The position numbers were made by a program, and so were the translations under genes. Under the pieces are notes generated by a model, which was not told the DNA's origin, ran no database searches, and saw only the letters and a program-made list of their open reading frames with translations. A DNA stretch of 64,000 nt from an uncultured Bacteroidia bacterium (GTDB taxonomy: Bacteria; Bacteroidota; Bacteroidia; Bacteroidales; UBA932), in NCBI GenBank assembly GCA_902768985.1, contig CACXNA010000003.1:58675-122674 (forward strand), read 5' to 3'. Of this stretch, positions 43,332 to 53,386 are shown piece after piece (within the stretch, counting starts at the first letter, position 1; every line of letters begins with the position of its first letter).

Positions 43332-43461
43332 GGAGATTCACAACTCATTTATCACACCTACCAATCCTCAGGCGGAAGAAGAGTTCGCCGACGGAGAAAT
43401 CCGTATTGCTATTCCTTTTATCCGCAAGTAGAACACCGGCCAGGTTTTCCCGGCTTTTGCT

Positions 43462-43501
43462 GGCAGGTTCCCCGGAAATACAGGGGACCTGCCTGTTTTT
43501 T
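43462..43501 (+). terminator. Rho-independent terminator 130 nt downstream of the NUDIX gene
   Basis: GGCAGGTTCCCC-GGAAATACA-GGGGACCTGCC is followed by TGTTTTTT. Confidence 0.7.
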
Positions 43502-43573
43502 GCGGGTTATCCTGGCCGGTGGATTCTGATCAGGTCCGGAATGAAGAAATAGTCTGAAACTTTTTACCTCATT

Positions 43574-43608
43574 GTTCCGTATATAAGAAAGTTTTGTCAA
43601 TACGGAAC
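43574..43608. promoter_or_regulatory. 8-bp inverted repeat GTTCCGTA / TACGGAAC bracketing the queA promoter region
   Basis: The arms lie at 43574-43581 and 43601-43608. The loop holds a near-consensus -7 box (AAGTTTTG), and the 3' arm ends 2 nt before the queA ATG. Confidence 0.35.
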
Positions 43609-43610
43609 GC

Positions 43611-44681
43611 ATGAAACTTTCTCAATTCGATTTCGAACTCCCGCAGGAGAAAATCGCCACTGAGCTGATGCCCGAAGTCAACGGGCACGTGCAGTGGCGT
43701 GACGAGTGCAAGCTGATGGTCCTCCACAAGGACACCGGCGAGATCGAGCACCGTCAGTTCAAGGACATCATCGAGTACTTCGGCAAGGGCGACCGCTTCG
43801 TGCTGAACGACACCAAGGTCTTCCCAGCCAAGCTCTTCGGCAAGAAGGAGAAAACCGGCGCCGACATCATGGTGTTCCTGCTGCGCGAGCTCAACCGGGA
43901 GCAGCGCCTGTGGGACGTGATCGTGGATCCGGCCCGCAAGATCCGCATCGGCAACAAGCTCTATTTCGGCGATGACGAGAGCATGGTGGCCGAGGTCATC
44001 GACAACACGACCTCCCGCGGCCGCACCCTGCGTTTCCTGTATGACGGACCGTACGACGAGTTCAAGGCGGCCCTCTTCGCCCTCGGCCAGACGCCCGTCC
44101 CCGAGTGGGTGAAGCAGACCCCGACCGAGCGCGACGCCGAGGAGTTCCAGACCATCTTCGCGACGCACGAAGGCGCCGTGTCCGCCCCGGCGGCCGGTCT
44201 GCACTTCAGCCGCGAGCTGCTCAACCGCATGATCCTGCACGATATCGACAAGACCTTCATCACCGTGCACATGGGCATCGGCCACTTCCGCACCGTAGAT
44301 GTGGAGGACCTGTCCAAGCACCGCATGGACGGCGAGCGCATCATCATCAACGAGCAGGCGGCCGACGAGATCAACCGCACCAAGCGCAGCGGCCACAAGA
44401 TCTGCGCCGTGGGCGTGACCGTGATCCGGGCCCTGGAGACCTATGTGACCACGAACCACGAGGTGCGCGCCACCGACACCTGGACCAACAAGTTCATCTT
44501 CCCGCCTTACGACTTCTCCGTCCCCGACGCCATCGTGTCCAACTTCCACCTGCCGGAGTCCACGATGCTGATGTCCGTGGCGGCCTTCGGCGGCTACGAG
44601 AAGGTGATGAACGCCTACCAGAGCGCGCTGGAGAACGACTACCGCTTCGGCCCCTACGGCGACGCCATGCTGATCGTGTAA
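43611..44681 (+). CDS. queA: tRNA preQ1(34) S-adenosylmethionine ribosyltransferase-isomerase
   Basis: 356 aa with MKLSQFDFELPQEKIA and recognisable QueA motifs throughout (PAAGLHFS, GVTVIRALE). Confidence 0.95.
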   Translation: MKLSQFDFELPQEKIATELMPEVNGHVQWRDECKLMVLHKDTGEIEHRQFKDIIEYFGKGDRFVLNDTKVFPAKLFGKKEKTGADIMVFLLRELNREQRLWDVIVDPARKIRIGNKLYFGDDESMVAEVIDNTTSRGRTLRFLYDGPYDEFKAALFALGQTPVPEWVKQTPTERDAEEFQTIFATHEGAVSAPAAGLHFSRELLNRMILHDIDKTFITVHMGIGHFRTVDVEDLSKHRMDGERIIINEQAADEINRTKRSGHKICAVGVTVIRALETYVTTNHEVRATDTWTNKFIFPPYDFSVPDAIVSNFHLPESTMLMSVAAFGGYEKVMNAYQSALENDYRFGPYGDAMLIV

Positions 44682-44702
44682 ACAAAAAAATACGAATTTT
44701 AC

Positions 44703-44741
44703 AGGATCCGGTTGACATTGTCGGCCGGATCCTTTATTTTT
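44703..44741 (+). terminator. Rho-independent terminator of queA
   Basis: AGGATCCGG-loop-CCGGATCCT is followed by TTATTTTT. The T-tract overlaps the dprA -7 box. Confidence 0.65.
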
Positions 44742-44742
44742 G
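44735..44742 (+). promoter_or_regulatory. -7 box TATTTTTG for dprA
   Basis: Exact TAnnTTTG, 26 nt upstream of the ATG at 44769. Confidence 0.45.
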
Positions 44743-44768
44743 TCTCCGACTTATAAACACTATGAGAA

Positions 44769-45938
44769 ATGGACGACAAAACTTCTTCCGTCGTGAGCGC
44801 GATCGCGCTCAACGCCATCTTCGGCAATGAGCCGAAATTTTCCCACCACCTGATCGACGCGCTCGGCTCCGCCAGCGCCGTTTTCTCCCTCTCCGAGCAG
44901 GAGCGGCTCGAGCTGTTCGGGCCGTACAACGCCCGCGCGGCGCAGATCACGCCGGCGGCGCTGGACGCCGCCCAGGCCGAGTACGAGCAGCTCTCCGCGC
45001 GGGGCTGCCAGTTCCTGGACATCTTCGACGAACATTACCCGGAGGCCCTCCGGGAATGCCCCGACGCGCCGCTGCTGCTCTACGTGCGCAGCAGCACCCC
45101 GGCCACGGAGCTGTTCGGCGACCGGCCCGCGGTCGCCATCGTCGGCACGCGCGACCAGAGCCTGTACGGCCAGGACAGCTGCCGGCGCATCGTGCGGGCG
45201 CTCGCCGAGGCGCCCGCCAAGCCGATGGTCGTCAGCGGGCTCGCGCTCGGCGTCGACATCACCGCGCACGCCGCGGCGCTGGAAGGGGGCCTGCCCACCG
45301 TCGGCGTCAGCCCGGTGGGCGTGGACGACGTGTACCCCCACCGGCACGCCGCCTTCGTGGAGCGGATGTGCGCCACGCCCGGCTGCGCCCTGGTCACCGA
45401 TTACCCGCCCGGGACCTTCCCGGCGGCCTTCAGTTTCATCCGCCGCAACCGCATCATCGCCGGCCTCGCGGGCGCGACCGTCCTCATCGAGTCGCGCATC
45501 CGGGGCGGCGGGATGATTACGGCGCGCCTGGCCGCCGGCTACGGCCGGGACGTCTATGCCGTCCCGGGGCGCATCGACGACGTCCGCTCGCAGGGCTGCA
45601 ACCAGCTGCTCAAGGAGCAGGTGGCCGCGCCCGTGGCGTCGCCCGAAACGCTGCCCGTCTCGCTCGGGCTGGGGCGCCTGAAGCGCACCCGCAGCGAGGA
45701 CCTCGGGGCCGCCGTGCGCGCCCGCTTCGCCACGGCGCTCCCGGCGGAGGAGGTGGATCGACTGGTGCGCCTGGCGCAGCTGATCCGCGCCCAGCGCGGC
45801 CTCCAGTTCGACGAACTCTGCCGCGAGACGGGCTTCGGCTATGCCGACGTGGCCCGGCTGGCGGGGCAGCTGGAGGAGGAGCGTTTCATCAACATCGATC
45901 TCCTCCAAAGGTGCACCATCAATGTAAAAATTGGTTAA
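44769..45938 (+). CDS. dprA: DNA-processing protein DprA (Smf)
   Basis: 389 aa with AIVGTRDQSLYG, SGLALGVDITAHAAAL and RRNRIIAGL, plus a C-terminal winged-helix-like tail. Confidence 0.9.
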   Translation: MDDKTSSVVSAIALNAIFGNEPKFSHHLIDALGSASAVFSLSEQERLELFGPYNARAAQITPAALDAAQAEYEQLSARGCQFLDIFDEHYPEALRECPDAPLLLYVRSSTPATELFGDRPAVAIVGTRDQSLYGQDSCRRIVRALAEAPAKPMVVSGLALGVDITAHAAALEGGLPTVGVSPVGVDDVYPHRHAAFVERMCATPGCALVTDYPPGTFPAAFSFIRRNRIIAGLAGATVLIESRIRGGGMITARLAAGYGRDVYAVPGRIDDVRSQGCNQLLKEQVAAPVASPETLPVSLGLGRLKRTRSEDLGAAVRARFATALPAEEVDRLVRLAQLIRAQRGLQFDELCRETGFGYADVARLAGQLEEERFINIDLLQRCTINVKIG

Positions 45939-45943
45939 CTTTG
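45936..45943 (+). promoter_or_regulatory. -7 box TAACTTTG for tatD (overlaps the dprA stop codon)
   Basis: Exact TAnnTTTG, 6 nt before the ATG at 45950. Confidence 0.45.
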
Positions 45944-45949
45944 TGGAAT

Positions 45950-46720
45950 ATGTTAGAATACATCGATACGCACACGCACGCATACGACGAGGCCTTCGCG
46001 GGCTGCGAGGATGAGATCGTCGCGCGCGGCGTCGCCGCGGGGGTGACCGTCCAGCTGCAGGCGGACGTAGACTCGCGCGAGCGGGAGCGGATGTTCGCCC
46101 TCGTGGAGCGGCATCCCGGCGTGCTGCGTCCGATGCTCGGGCTCTATCCCGGCTCCGTCGACAAGGACTGGCGCCGGGAGATCGACGCCCTGGAGGCCTG
46201 GCGCGGCCGCGGCATCGTGGCCGTGGGCGAGATCGGCCTCGACTACCACTACGGCGCCGATTTCAAGGAGGAGCAGAAGGAAGCCTTCCGCGTCCAGCTG
46301 GAGCTCGCCGCCGCCTGGGGGCTGCCCGTCAACATCCACCTGCGCGAGGCCACGGAGGACTTTTTCGACATCGTCGAAGATTGCCGCCACCTCGGCCTGC
46401 GCGGCAACCTGCACGCCTTCAGCGGCAGCGCCGAGACCTTCGCGCGCCTGCAGCGCCTAGGCGACTGGTACGTGGGGATCGGCGGGGTGCTCACCTTCAA
46501 GAAGGCGTCCCTCGCCGAGACCGTCAAACGCATCCCGCTGGAGCGGATCGTGCTGGAGACCGACGCCCCCTACCTCACCCCCGCGCCGCACCGCGGCGAG
46601 CGCAACGAGAGCGCGTACATCCCCCTGATCGCCGCCTTCCTGGCCCAGCAGAAAGGCGTGAGCCTGGAGGAAGTCGCCGCCACGACCACCCAAAACGCCA
46701 AAAGACTGTTTGCGATATGA
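45950..46720 (+). CDS. tatD: TatD family metal-dependent hydrolase
   Basis: 256 aa with YIDTHTHAY, AVGEIGLDYHY, PVNIHLREA, NLHAFSGS and VLETDAPYLTP. The upstream part of the ORF-track ORF is spurious. Confidence 0.9.
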   Translation: MLEYIDTHTHAYDEAFAGCEDEIVARGVAAGVTVQLQADVDSRERERMFALVERHPGVLRPMLGLYPGSVDKDWRREIDALEAWRGRGIVAVGEIGLDYHYGADFKEEQKEAFRVQLELAAAWGLPVNIHLREATEDFFDIVEDCRHLGLRGNLHAFSGSAETFARLQRLGDWYVGIGGVLTFKKASLAETVKRIPLERIVLETDAPYLTPAPHRGERNESAYIPLIAAFLAQQKGVSLEEVAATTTQNAKRLFAI

Positions 46721-47784
46721 AGTTGAAATTCAACCTGTTCCAGGAAAGCAACACCCCGACCTCCGTCCTGCTCATCTACACAGGCGGCACCATCGGCATG
46801 AAGGCGGACCCCGCCGACGGCACCCTCAAGCCATTCGATTTCAGCGGCATCCTGGAGGAAGTGCCCGAGCTTCGCAAGTTCGCGATGAAGATCGACGCCT
46901 ACACCTTCAACCCGCTCATCGACTCCTCCGACGTGGAGCCCTCCCTGTGGCAGTCGCTCGCCACGCTGATCCGGGACCGCTACGACGACTACGACGGCTT
47001 CGTGATCCTGCACGGCACGGACACCATGGCCTACAGCGCCTCGGCCCTGAGCTTCATGCTGGAGAACCTGGGCAAGCCCGTCATCTTCACCGGCAGCCAG
47101 CTGCCCATCGGCGAGCCGCGCACCGACGGCAAGGAGAACCTCATCTCCGCCGTGGAAATCGCCACGGCGAAGGACTCCAACGGCCATCCGATGGTCCCGG
47201 AGGTGTGCATCTGCTTCAATTCGCAGCTGCTGCGCGGCAACCGCAGCATCAAGGTCAACGCCACGGGCTTCGACGCCTTCAAGTCGCCCAACTACCCCCT
47301 GCTCGCCACCGCTGGCATCAGCATCAACTACAACAACAGCTTCATCCACTACGGCCACGACCGCCGCAAGGGGCTGACCATCCACACCGACCTGGACACC
47401 CGCGTGTCGGTGCTCAAGCTGCATCCCGGCATCACGGAGCAGGCCGTGCGCGACATCCTGCTCGGCGACGGCTCCCGCGCCGTCATCCTGGAGACCTACG
47501 GCTCGGGCAACGCGCCCTGCCGTCCCTGGTTCCTCGCCCTCGTGCGCGAGGCCGTCTCGCGGGGCAAGATCCTGCTCAACGTGACCCAGTGCCAGAGCGG
47601 CGACGTGGACATGGACATCTACGCCACCGGCCGCACCCTCAAGGACGCCGGCGTCATCTGCGGACACGACATCACGACCGAGAGCGCCCTCGGCAAACTG
47701 TTCCACCTGATGGGCGAACACGCCGACAACGGGCAGGTCAAGGCCCTCTTGGAGAAGAATCTCAAGGGCGAAATCTCAAAATAA
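46717..47784 (+). CDS. ansA: Type I L-asparaginase
   Basis: 355 aa with LLIYTGGTIGM and ILHGTDTMAYSA motifs. The ATGA start overlaps the tatD stop. Confidence 0.9.
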   Translation: MKLKFNLFQESNTPTSVLLIYTGGTIGMKADPADGTLKPFDFSGILEEVPELRKFAMKIDAYTFNPLIDSSDVEPSLWQSLATLIRDRYDDYDGFVILHGTDTMAYSASALSFMLENLGKPVIFTGSQLPIGEPRTDGKENLISAVEIATAKDSNGHPMVPEVCICFNSQLLRGNRSIKVNATGFDAFKSPNYPLLATAGISINYNNSFIHYGHDRRKGLTIHTDLDTRVSVLKLHPGITEQAVRDILLGDGSRAVILETYGSGNAPCRPWFLALVREAVSRGKILLNVTQCQSGDVDMDIYATGRTLKDAGVICGHDITTESALGKLFHLMGEHADNGQVKALLEKNLKGEISK

Positions 47785-47880
47785 TTGTTGAATTATGGAT
47801 TTTTTTTGCTAAATTGCACCGCTTTTAGATGATTAATTGCGCATAGAATATATCACAACTAATACATTATCAAATTCATT

Positions 47881-48627
47881 ATGAAAAAGTTTTTCAGGTT
47901 TTTGGCAGTTGCAGGCGCTATGGCCTTCTCTGCAAACATCGCATTCGCCCAGGACGAGATGAGCGCAGCTGACCTCCTCAGCGGCAGCGAGCAGCCCCTC
48001 AACCAGGCTCTCAAGCAGAAGTTCATCGAAGGTGGTCCTGCCTTCATGTCCCTGATCATCATCTGCTTGATCATCGGTCTTGCCCTCGCTATCGAGCGCA
48101 TCCTCTATCTCTCCTTCTCCAAGATCAACACCAAGAAGCTCGTTGAGAACGTCGAGGAAGCTCTTAAGGAAGGCGGTATCGAGAAAGCGAAGGAAGTCTG
48201 CCGCGACACCCGCGGTCCCGTCGCCAGCATCTTCTACCAGGGTCTCCTCCGTTACGACCAGGGTCTCGATGTGGTCGAGAAGACCATCGTCTCCTACGGC
48301 AGCGTGCAGCAGAGCCAGCTGGAGAGCGGCCTGAGCTGGATCTCCCTGTTCATCGCCATCGCCCCGTCCCTCGGATTCCTCGGTACGGTTATCGGTATGA
48401 TCAACGCCTTCGACGCCATCCAGGCTGCGGGTGATATCTCCCCGAACGTTGTTGCCGGTGGTATGAAGGTCGCCCTTATCACGACGGTCGGCGGTCTCAT
48501 CGTCGCTATGATTCTCCAGGTCTTCTACAACTACATCCTTGCGAAGATCGAGTCCATCACCATCGACATGGAGGATTCCTCCATCAGCCTGATCGACGTG
48601 CTGACCAAATACGGCCAGAAGAAATAA
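47881..48627 (+). CDS. exbB: MotA/TolQ/ExbB proton-channel family protein
   Basis: 248 aa with a signal-like N-terminus, three TM segments and the motif APSLGFLGTVIGMINAF. Confidence 0.9.
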   Translation: MKKFFRFLAVAGAMAFSANIAFAQDEMSAADLLSGSEQPLNQALKQKFIEGGPAFMSLIIICLIIGLALAIERILYLSFSKINTKKLVENVEEALKEGGIEKAKEVCRDTRGPVASIFYQGLLRYDQGLDVVEKTIVSYGSVQQSQLESGLSWISLFIAIAPSLGFLGTVIGMINAFDAIQAAGDISPNVVAGGMKVALITTVGGLIVAMILQVFYNYILAKIESITIDMEDSSISLIDVLTKYGQKK

Positions 48628-48655
48628 GTCCAATGCCGGTTTAAACCACTGAATA

Positions 48656-49096
48656 ATGAAACTTAACAAGATATTCAAATTGGGAATGGTGGTGCTGATC
48701 CTCATCAGCGTCGCGATCCTGGTTTGGGGCTTCAGCGCAGGCTTCGCCAATGGTAGCGAAGCGCTTCCTGCCACGAACGTCCTCCTGACCTGGGCTGCGA
48801 TCATGATCGGCATCGCTCTCTTCTGCTGGATCGTGATCGGCCTGATCATCAGCGTCAAGAACGACCCGAAGTCCATCGTCAAGATGGGCATCGTGCTGGT
48901 CGGCATCGCTGTGGTCTGCCTGCTCGCGTATCTCCTCGCGAAGGGTGATCCCGTTCCGGGCGCAGCCGTCACCGCTACGGCTGGCGAGCTCAAACTCACT
49001 GATACCATCCTGAACCTCACCCTCATCGCCGGTGTCGGCGCCATCGTCGCCATCATTGTCGGTGAGATTCGTCTGGCACTTTCTAACAAGAAGTAA
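48656..49096 (+). CDS. Hypothetical four-TM membrane protein within the exbB-exbD cluster
   Basis: 146 aa and strongly hydrophobic. It occupies the position seen in Bacteroidota ExbBD clusters. Confidence 0.6.
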   Translation: MKLNKIFKLGMVVLILISVAILVWGFSAGFANGSEALPATNVLLTWAAIMIGIALFCWIVIGLIISVKNDPKSIVKMGIVLVGIAVVCLLAYLLAKGDPVPGAAVTATAGELKLTDTILNLTLIAGVGAIVAIIVGEIRLALSNKK

Positions 49097-49098
49097 TC

Positions 49099-49683
49099 AT
49101 GGCAAAGAAAACACCAGCAATCAATTCGAGTTCTACGGCCGATATCGCGTTCCTGTTGTTGTGCTACTTCCTGATGACCACGACGATGGGCTCCCACTTC
49201 GGACTTTCCCGTCGTCTCCCTCCGATGCCTGATCCCAATCAGAAAATCGAGGACCAGAAGGTCAATCGCCGCAACATCATCGTGGTGAAGATCAACTCTG
49301 CCGATAGGATTCTTGCCGGTACCGATGCCATTGATGTCTCCCAGCTCAAAGACAAGATCAAAGAGTTCCTCAGCAACCCTGCCAACGACCCGAACCTTCC
49401 TGAGAAGGAGGTGAAGGAGATCGAAGGATACAGCAAGGGCACCTATCCCGTGTCCAAGGGCGTTATCTCCCTGCAGAATGACCGTGGTACCAGCTACCAG
49501 GCCTACATCGCCGTGCAGAACGAGCTTGTGAAAGCCGTCAACGAACTTCGTGACGATTTCTCCACCAAGGAGTTCGGCAAGAAGTACGCTATGCTCGACG
49601 AGGATCAGCAGAAGATCGTCCGCGACTGTATCCCGCAGAACATTTCCGAGGCAGAGCCTAAGGACGTCGGTAAAAGAAGATAA
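49099..49683 (+). CDS. exbD: ExbD/TolR family biopolymer transport protein
   Basis: N-terminal INSSSTADIAFLLLCYFLMTT is the ExbD TM signature. Confidence 0.85.
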   Translation: MAKKTPAINSSSTADIAFLLLCYFLMTTTMGSHFGLSRRLPPMPDPNQKIEDQKVNRRNIIVVKINSADRILAGTDAIDVSQLKDKIKEFLSNPANDPNLPEKEVKEIEGYSKGTYPVSKGVISLQNDRGTSYQAYIAVQNELVKAVNELRDDFSTKEFGKKYAMLDEDQQKIVRDCIPQNISEAEPKDVGKRR

Positions 49684-49697
49684 TAGGAGGTAAGATT

Positions 49698-50165
49698 ATG
49701 TCAAGATTTAAGAAAGGCGACAAGAAGGAGATGCCGGGTATCACCTCGAGCTCTCTCTCCGATATCGTGTTCATGCTCCTGTTCTTCTTCATGGTGACCA
49801 CGCAGATGCGTGAGACCGAGAATAAGGTCAAAGTCACCACGCCGGAGGCCTCCGAAGTTGTCAAACTGGAGCGCAAGGACCTCAACGCTTACATCAACAT
49901 TGGTTCCCCGACCCTCGCCTACCAGGCGCAGTACGGTACCGATGCCCGTATCCAGTTGAACGACTCCTTCCGCACCACGGACGACATCCGCGACTTCATC
50001 GCCGCGGAGCGTGACTCCAAGAGCGAGGCTGACCGTCAGCTCATGACCGTGTCTATCCGGGCCGACCAAGATGTCAGAATGGGTATCGTGACCGATGTGA
50101 AGCAGGAGCTGCGACGCTGCTCCGCGCTGAAGATCATGTACTCTGCAAGAAAGCCTGCGAAATAG
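49698..50165 (+). CDS. exbD: ExbD/TolR family biopolymer transport protein (second copy)
   Basis: N-terminal ITSSSLSDIVFMLLFFFMVTT is the ExbD TM signature. Confidence 0.85.
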   Translation: MSRFKKGDKKEMPGITSSSLSDIVFMLLFFFMVTTQMRETENKVKVTTPEASEVVKLERKDLNAYINIGSPTLAYQAQYGTDARIQLNDSFRTTDDIRDFIAAERDSKSEADRQLMTVSIRADQDVRMGIVTDVKQELRRCSALKIMYSARKPAK

Positions 50166-50187
50166 GCTTAAGCAGTATTGAATACGA

Positions 50188-50216
50188 GCAGCCCCCTTCA
50201 ACGAGGGCTGCTTTTT
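50188..50216 (+). terminator. Rho-independent terminator of the exbBD operon
   Basis: GCAGCCC-CCTTCAACGA-GGGCTGC is followed by TTTTT. Confidence 0.7.
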
Positions 50217-50231
50217 AAATAAAAAGAAGAA

Positions 50232-51635
50232 ATGAAGGAAATACTTCGTACCAAGGTGAAGGACCTGCTGCAGATGAAGGCAGGTCAGGAAGTGCTGGCC
50301 AAAGGTTGGGTCAGGACCAAGAGAGGGAATAAGGAAATCGCATTCATCGCGCTGAACGACGGCTCGACCATCAAGAACGTGCAGATCGTCGTGGACAAGA
50401 ATGCCGAGACGGAGCCGGTGCTGGCACAGATCAGCACGGGCGCCTGCATCTGCGTGCGCGGCAATCTCGTCGAATCCGTGGGCAGCGGCCAGGCGGTTGA
50501 GATCAAGGCGGCGGAGATCGAGGTGTACGGCACCTGCGATCCGATGCGCTATCCACTCCAGAAAAAGGACACTTCCTTCGAGTACCTGCGCACGGTCGCG
50601 CACATGCGCCCGAGGACCAATACCTTTGGTGCCATCTACCGCCTGCGCAGCCAGATGGCCTTCGCCATCCACGAGTATTTCCACAGCAAGGGCTTTGTGT
50701 ACCTGCACACGCCCCTCATTACCGAATCCGACTGCGAAGGCGCCGGCCAGATGTTCCAGGTCACGACCCTCGACCTCGAGAACGTACCGCGCGACAAGAA
50801 GGGCCGTATCGACTACGGCAAGGACTTCTTCGGCAAGCAGACGAGCCTGACCGTCAGCGGCCAGCTCGAAGGCGAGCTCGGCGCCACCGCACTCGGTGAG
50901 ATTTACACCTTCGGCCCCACGTTCCGCGCCGAGAACTCCAACACCCCGCGTCACCTCGCGGAGTTCTGGATGATCGAGCCCGAGATGGCGTTCTACGACA
51001 TCAAGGACAACATGGACCTGGCCGAGGACTTCATCAAGCACCTCGTCTCCTACGCCCTGGAGCACTGCATGGATGACATCCAGTTCCTCAACGACCGCTA
51101 CGATCCCGAGCTGGTCGAGCGCCTGCGCGGCGTCATCGGCACGGAGTTCGTGCGCCTCGAGTACACGGAGGGCATCCGCATCCTCGAGGAGGCTGTCAAG
51201 AACGGCGTCCAGTTCGAGTATCCGGTGGCCTGGGGCATCGACCTGCAGAGCGAGCACGAGCGCTATCTCGTGGAGAAGCATTTCGGCAAGCCGGTCATCC
51301 TGACGGGCTATCCCAAGGACATCAAGGCCTTCTACATGAAGCAGAACGAGGACGGCAAGACCGTCCGCGCCATGGACGTCCTCTTCCCGAAGATCGGCGA
51401 GATCATCGGCGGTTCCGAGCGTGAGGCCGACCTCGGCAAGCTCGAGGCCCGCATCGACGAGCTCGGCATGAGCCGCAAGAACCTGGAGTGGTACATCGAC
51501 ACCCGTCGCTTCGGCAGCTGCCCGCACAGCGGCTTCGGCCTGGGCTTCGAGCGTCTGCTGCTCTTCATCACCGGCATGCAGAACATCCGCGACGTCATTC
51601 CGTTCCCGAGAACGCCGAAAAATGCCGAGTTCTAA
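50232..51635 (+). CDS. asnS: Asparagine--tRNA ligase
   Basis: 467 aa, a class II aaRS with [45 protein letters not shown] and [10 protein letters not shown]. Confidence 0.97.
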   Translation: MKEILRTKVKDLLQMKAGQEVLAKGWVRTKRGNKEIAFIALNDGSTIKNVQIVVDKNAETEPVLAQISTGACICVRGNLVESVGSGQAVEIKAAEIEVYGTCDPMRYPLQKKDTSFEYLRTVAHMRPRTNTFGAIYRLRSQMAFAIHEYFHSKGFVYLHTPLITESDCEGAGQMFQVTTLDLENVPRDKKGRIDYGKDFFGKQTSLTVSGQLEGELGATALGEIYTFGPTFRAENSNTPRHLAEFWMIEPEMAFYDIKDNMDLAEDFIKHLVSYALEHCMDDIQFLNDRYDPELVERLRGVIGTEFVRLEYTEGIRILEEAVKNGVQFEYPVAWGIDLQSEHERYLVEKHFGKPVILTGYPKDIKAFYMKQNEDGKTVRAMDVLFPKIGEIIGGSEREADLGKLEARIDELGMSRKNLEWYIDTRRFGSCPHSGFGLGFERLLLFITGMQNIRDVIPFPRTPKNAEF

Positions 51636-51636
51636 C

Positions 51637-51669
51637 GAACTCCGCATTTTTGCCGTTCGCGTTTTTTTT
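51637..51669 (+). terminator. Weak hairpin plus T8 tract after asnS
   Basis: CGAAC-loop-GTTCG is followed by CGTTTTTTTT. The stem is short. Confidence 0.35.
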
Positions 51670-51738
51670 CGATCACCCCTCCTCCTGTCCTCCCCTAACC
51701 GTAGGGGAGGATGAAACAGAGGAAAAAACGATAGCAAT

Positions 51739-52359
51739 ATGCTAGTAATCGGCATCGCCGGCGGCTCAGGCTCCGGCAAAACCACGGTTGTCAAGGCCAT
51801 CACCGAGAACCTTAAGGGCAAGAGCGTGGTGGTCATCCCCCAGGATTCCTATTATAAGGATTCCAGCGACCTCTCCGACGAGGAGAAGCGCGTCCACAAC
51901 TTCGACCATCCGGATGCGATCGAATGGGACCTGTTGTGCAGCCAACTCAACGACCTCAAGCACGGCAAGGCCATCAAGCAGCCCGTCTATTCCTTCATTT
52001 CCTGCACCCGCTCCAAGACCGAGACCAAGTTCGTGGAGCCGGCCGACGTGATCATCATCGAGGGTATCCTCATCTTCACGTGCAAGGAGCTGCGGGAGCA
52101 GATGGACATCAAGATCTTCGTGGACGCAGACGATGACGACCGCCTGATGCGCGTGATGGCGCGCGACATCAGCGAGCGCGGCAAGGACGTGCACTGGGTC
52201 ATCGAGCGCTATTCCCGCACCGTCAAGCCGATGTTTCTGCAGTTCATCGAGCCGAGCAAGCGCTACGCCGATATCATCATCCCGCAGGGCGGACACAACA
52301 AGGTGGCGATCGACGTGATCACCGCCACCGTCGAGAAATCCCTGGAGGAACACGTTTAA
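51739..52359 (+). CDS. udk: Uridine kinase
   Basis: 206 aa with the P-loop GIAGGSGSGKTT and DSYYKD motifs. Confidence 0.95.
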   Translation: MLVIGIAGGSGSGKTTVVKAITENLKGKSVVVIPQDSYYKDSSDLSDEEKRVHNFDHPDAIEWDLLCSQLNDLKHGKAIKQPVYSFISCTRSKTETKFVEPADVIIIEGILIFTCKELREQMDIKIFVDADDDDRLMRVMARDISERGKDVHWVIERYSRTVKPMFLQFIEPSKRYADIIIPQGGHNKVAIDVITATVEKSLEEHV

Positions 52360-52362
52360 CAT

Positions 52363-53091
52363 ATGCGCCGGCTCTCCCAGGAAGAAAAGGCAGGCATCTA
52401 CACCACCGTGATCGTTCATCTCGCGGTGGTGATTGTGTTATTGCTTGCCGGCCTGGATTGGAGCATCCGGAGGGAGAATACTTTTGTGCTGGATTTTTCC
52501 GCGCTGGAGGAGAAGGAGCGGCTGCAGGAGGAGATCGAGAAGCTGGAGCAGGAGGCCGCTTTCAAGGAGCGTATCGCGCAGTTGCTGGAGCAGGAGCTGG
52601 AGGCGACGCCTTTGCGCGGCGTTGCGGTCGATCGCGGGGCGTTGAAGGACGACCGCGGGACAGATGCCGAGCAGCTTTATAAGGACGCTCAGCGGCTGCA
52701 GGAGGAGCTCGAAAAAGGCTTTACCGTGCCGGAGGAGGATGTCGCCGATCCGGGGCCGGTGATTCCCGAGAAAAAGGAGGAGAAGAAGCAGGAGGAAAGT
52801 GTCTACAGCGGGCCGTCCGTCGTGTCTTATTTCCTGGAGGGCCGCAAGGCCAGCCACCTGCCCATTCCGGCGTACCGTTGCCTTGGCGCCGGGCAGGTTA
52901 CCGTTCTCATTACCGTCAATCCCGGCGGTACTGTCATTGACGCCAAAGTCGATGACGCCGTCTCATCTAAAGACGGCTGTCTGCGCAATTTCGCCGTCCG
53001 CGCCGCCCGCCTTTCCAAGTTCTCCGCCAAGGCGGACGCCCCCGCCAAGCAGCAAGGCAACATCGTCTACGAATTCGTCGCACAATACTAA
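52363..53091 (+). CDS. TonB-like energy transducer (N-terminal TM, Glu-rich linker, C-terminal TonB-like domain)
   Basis: TM segment IYTTVIVHLAVVIVLLLAGL and a charged coiled linker. The C-terminal roughly 80 aa resemble a TonB_C fold, and the gene lies 2 kb from exbBD. Confidence 0.6.
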   Translation: MRRLSQEEKAGIYTTVIVHLAVVIVLLLAGLDWSIRRENTFVLDFSALEEKERLQEEIEKLEQEAAFKERIAQLLEQELEATPLRGVAVDRGALKDDRGTDAEQLYKDAQRLQEELEKGFTVPEEDVADPGPVIPEKKEEKKQEESVYSGPSVVSYFLEGRKASHLPIPAYRCLGAGQVTVLITVNPGGTVIDAKVDDAVSSKDGCLRNFAVRAARLSKFSAKADAPAKQQGNIVYEFVAQY

Positions 53092-53216
53092 CGCCGGAAG
53101 CGGCAGGGCTGCTCGCGTCCGAACAAAAAAATGTTCGTCCTCGAGCACCCTACCGCTTTTCCGGCAAAGCATTGTAACGGCAGCCTACCCGACGCACCCT
53201 CCGCACGGCCCCCGAC
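53092..53216 (-). repeat. GC-rich structured repeat E125, copy 2 (reverse orientation)
   Basis: The reverse complement aligns with 10105-10231. It begins 1 nt after the tonB-like stop, and its long hairpin lies at about 53102-53153. Confidence 0.7.
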
Positions 53217-53302
53217 AGCACTGGCCAACGTCCACAGGCTCGCGCGCACCCCACACACCGGCTGCCGTAATCTTGCACAAACGTGAACGGTCCCGCCTGG
53301 CA

Positions 53303-53347
53303 GTCGGAGCGAAGCGACCGAGGGGGTTTCGGGGATTCTTCCCCGTC
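53303..53347 (+). repeat. G-module repeat copy
   Basis: GTCGGAGCGAAGCGACCGAGGGGGTTTCGGGG aligns with the reverse complement of 6648-6692. Confidence 0.4.
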
Positions 53348-53386
53348 AAAGCGAAAGCGATGGGTCCCTTCTTGGCCCGACAGGGC

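Noticed and set aside
43282-43431. Open frame downstream of the NUDIX gene ending ...EEEFADGEIRIAIPFIRK, preceded by AAGGAG.
   Set aside because: No ATG, GTG or TTG start codon exists in the frame after the upstream stop. Shine-Dalgarno-like sequences are not used in this type of genome. It is more likely a 130-nt 3' UTR ending at the 43462-43501 terminator.
43574-43608. preQ1 riboswitch upstream of queA.
   Set aside because: The hairpin lacks the conserved preQ1-I/II loop and tail sequences I know. The only promoter-like box sits inside its loop, so the full hairpin would not be transcribed.
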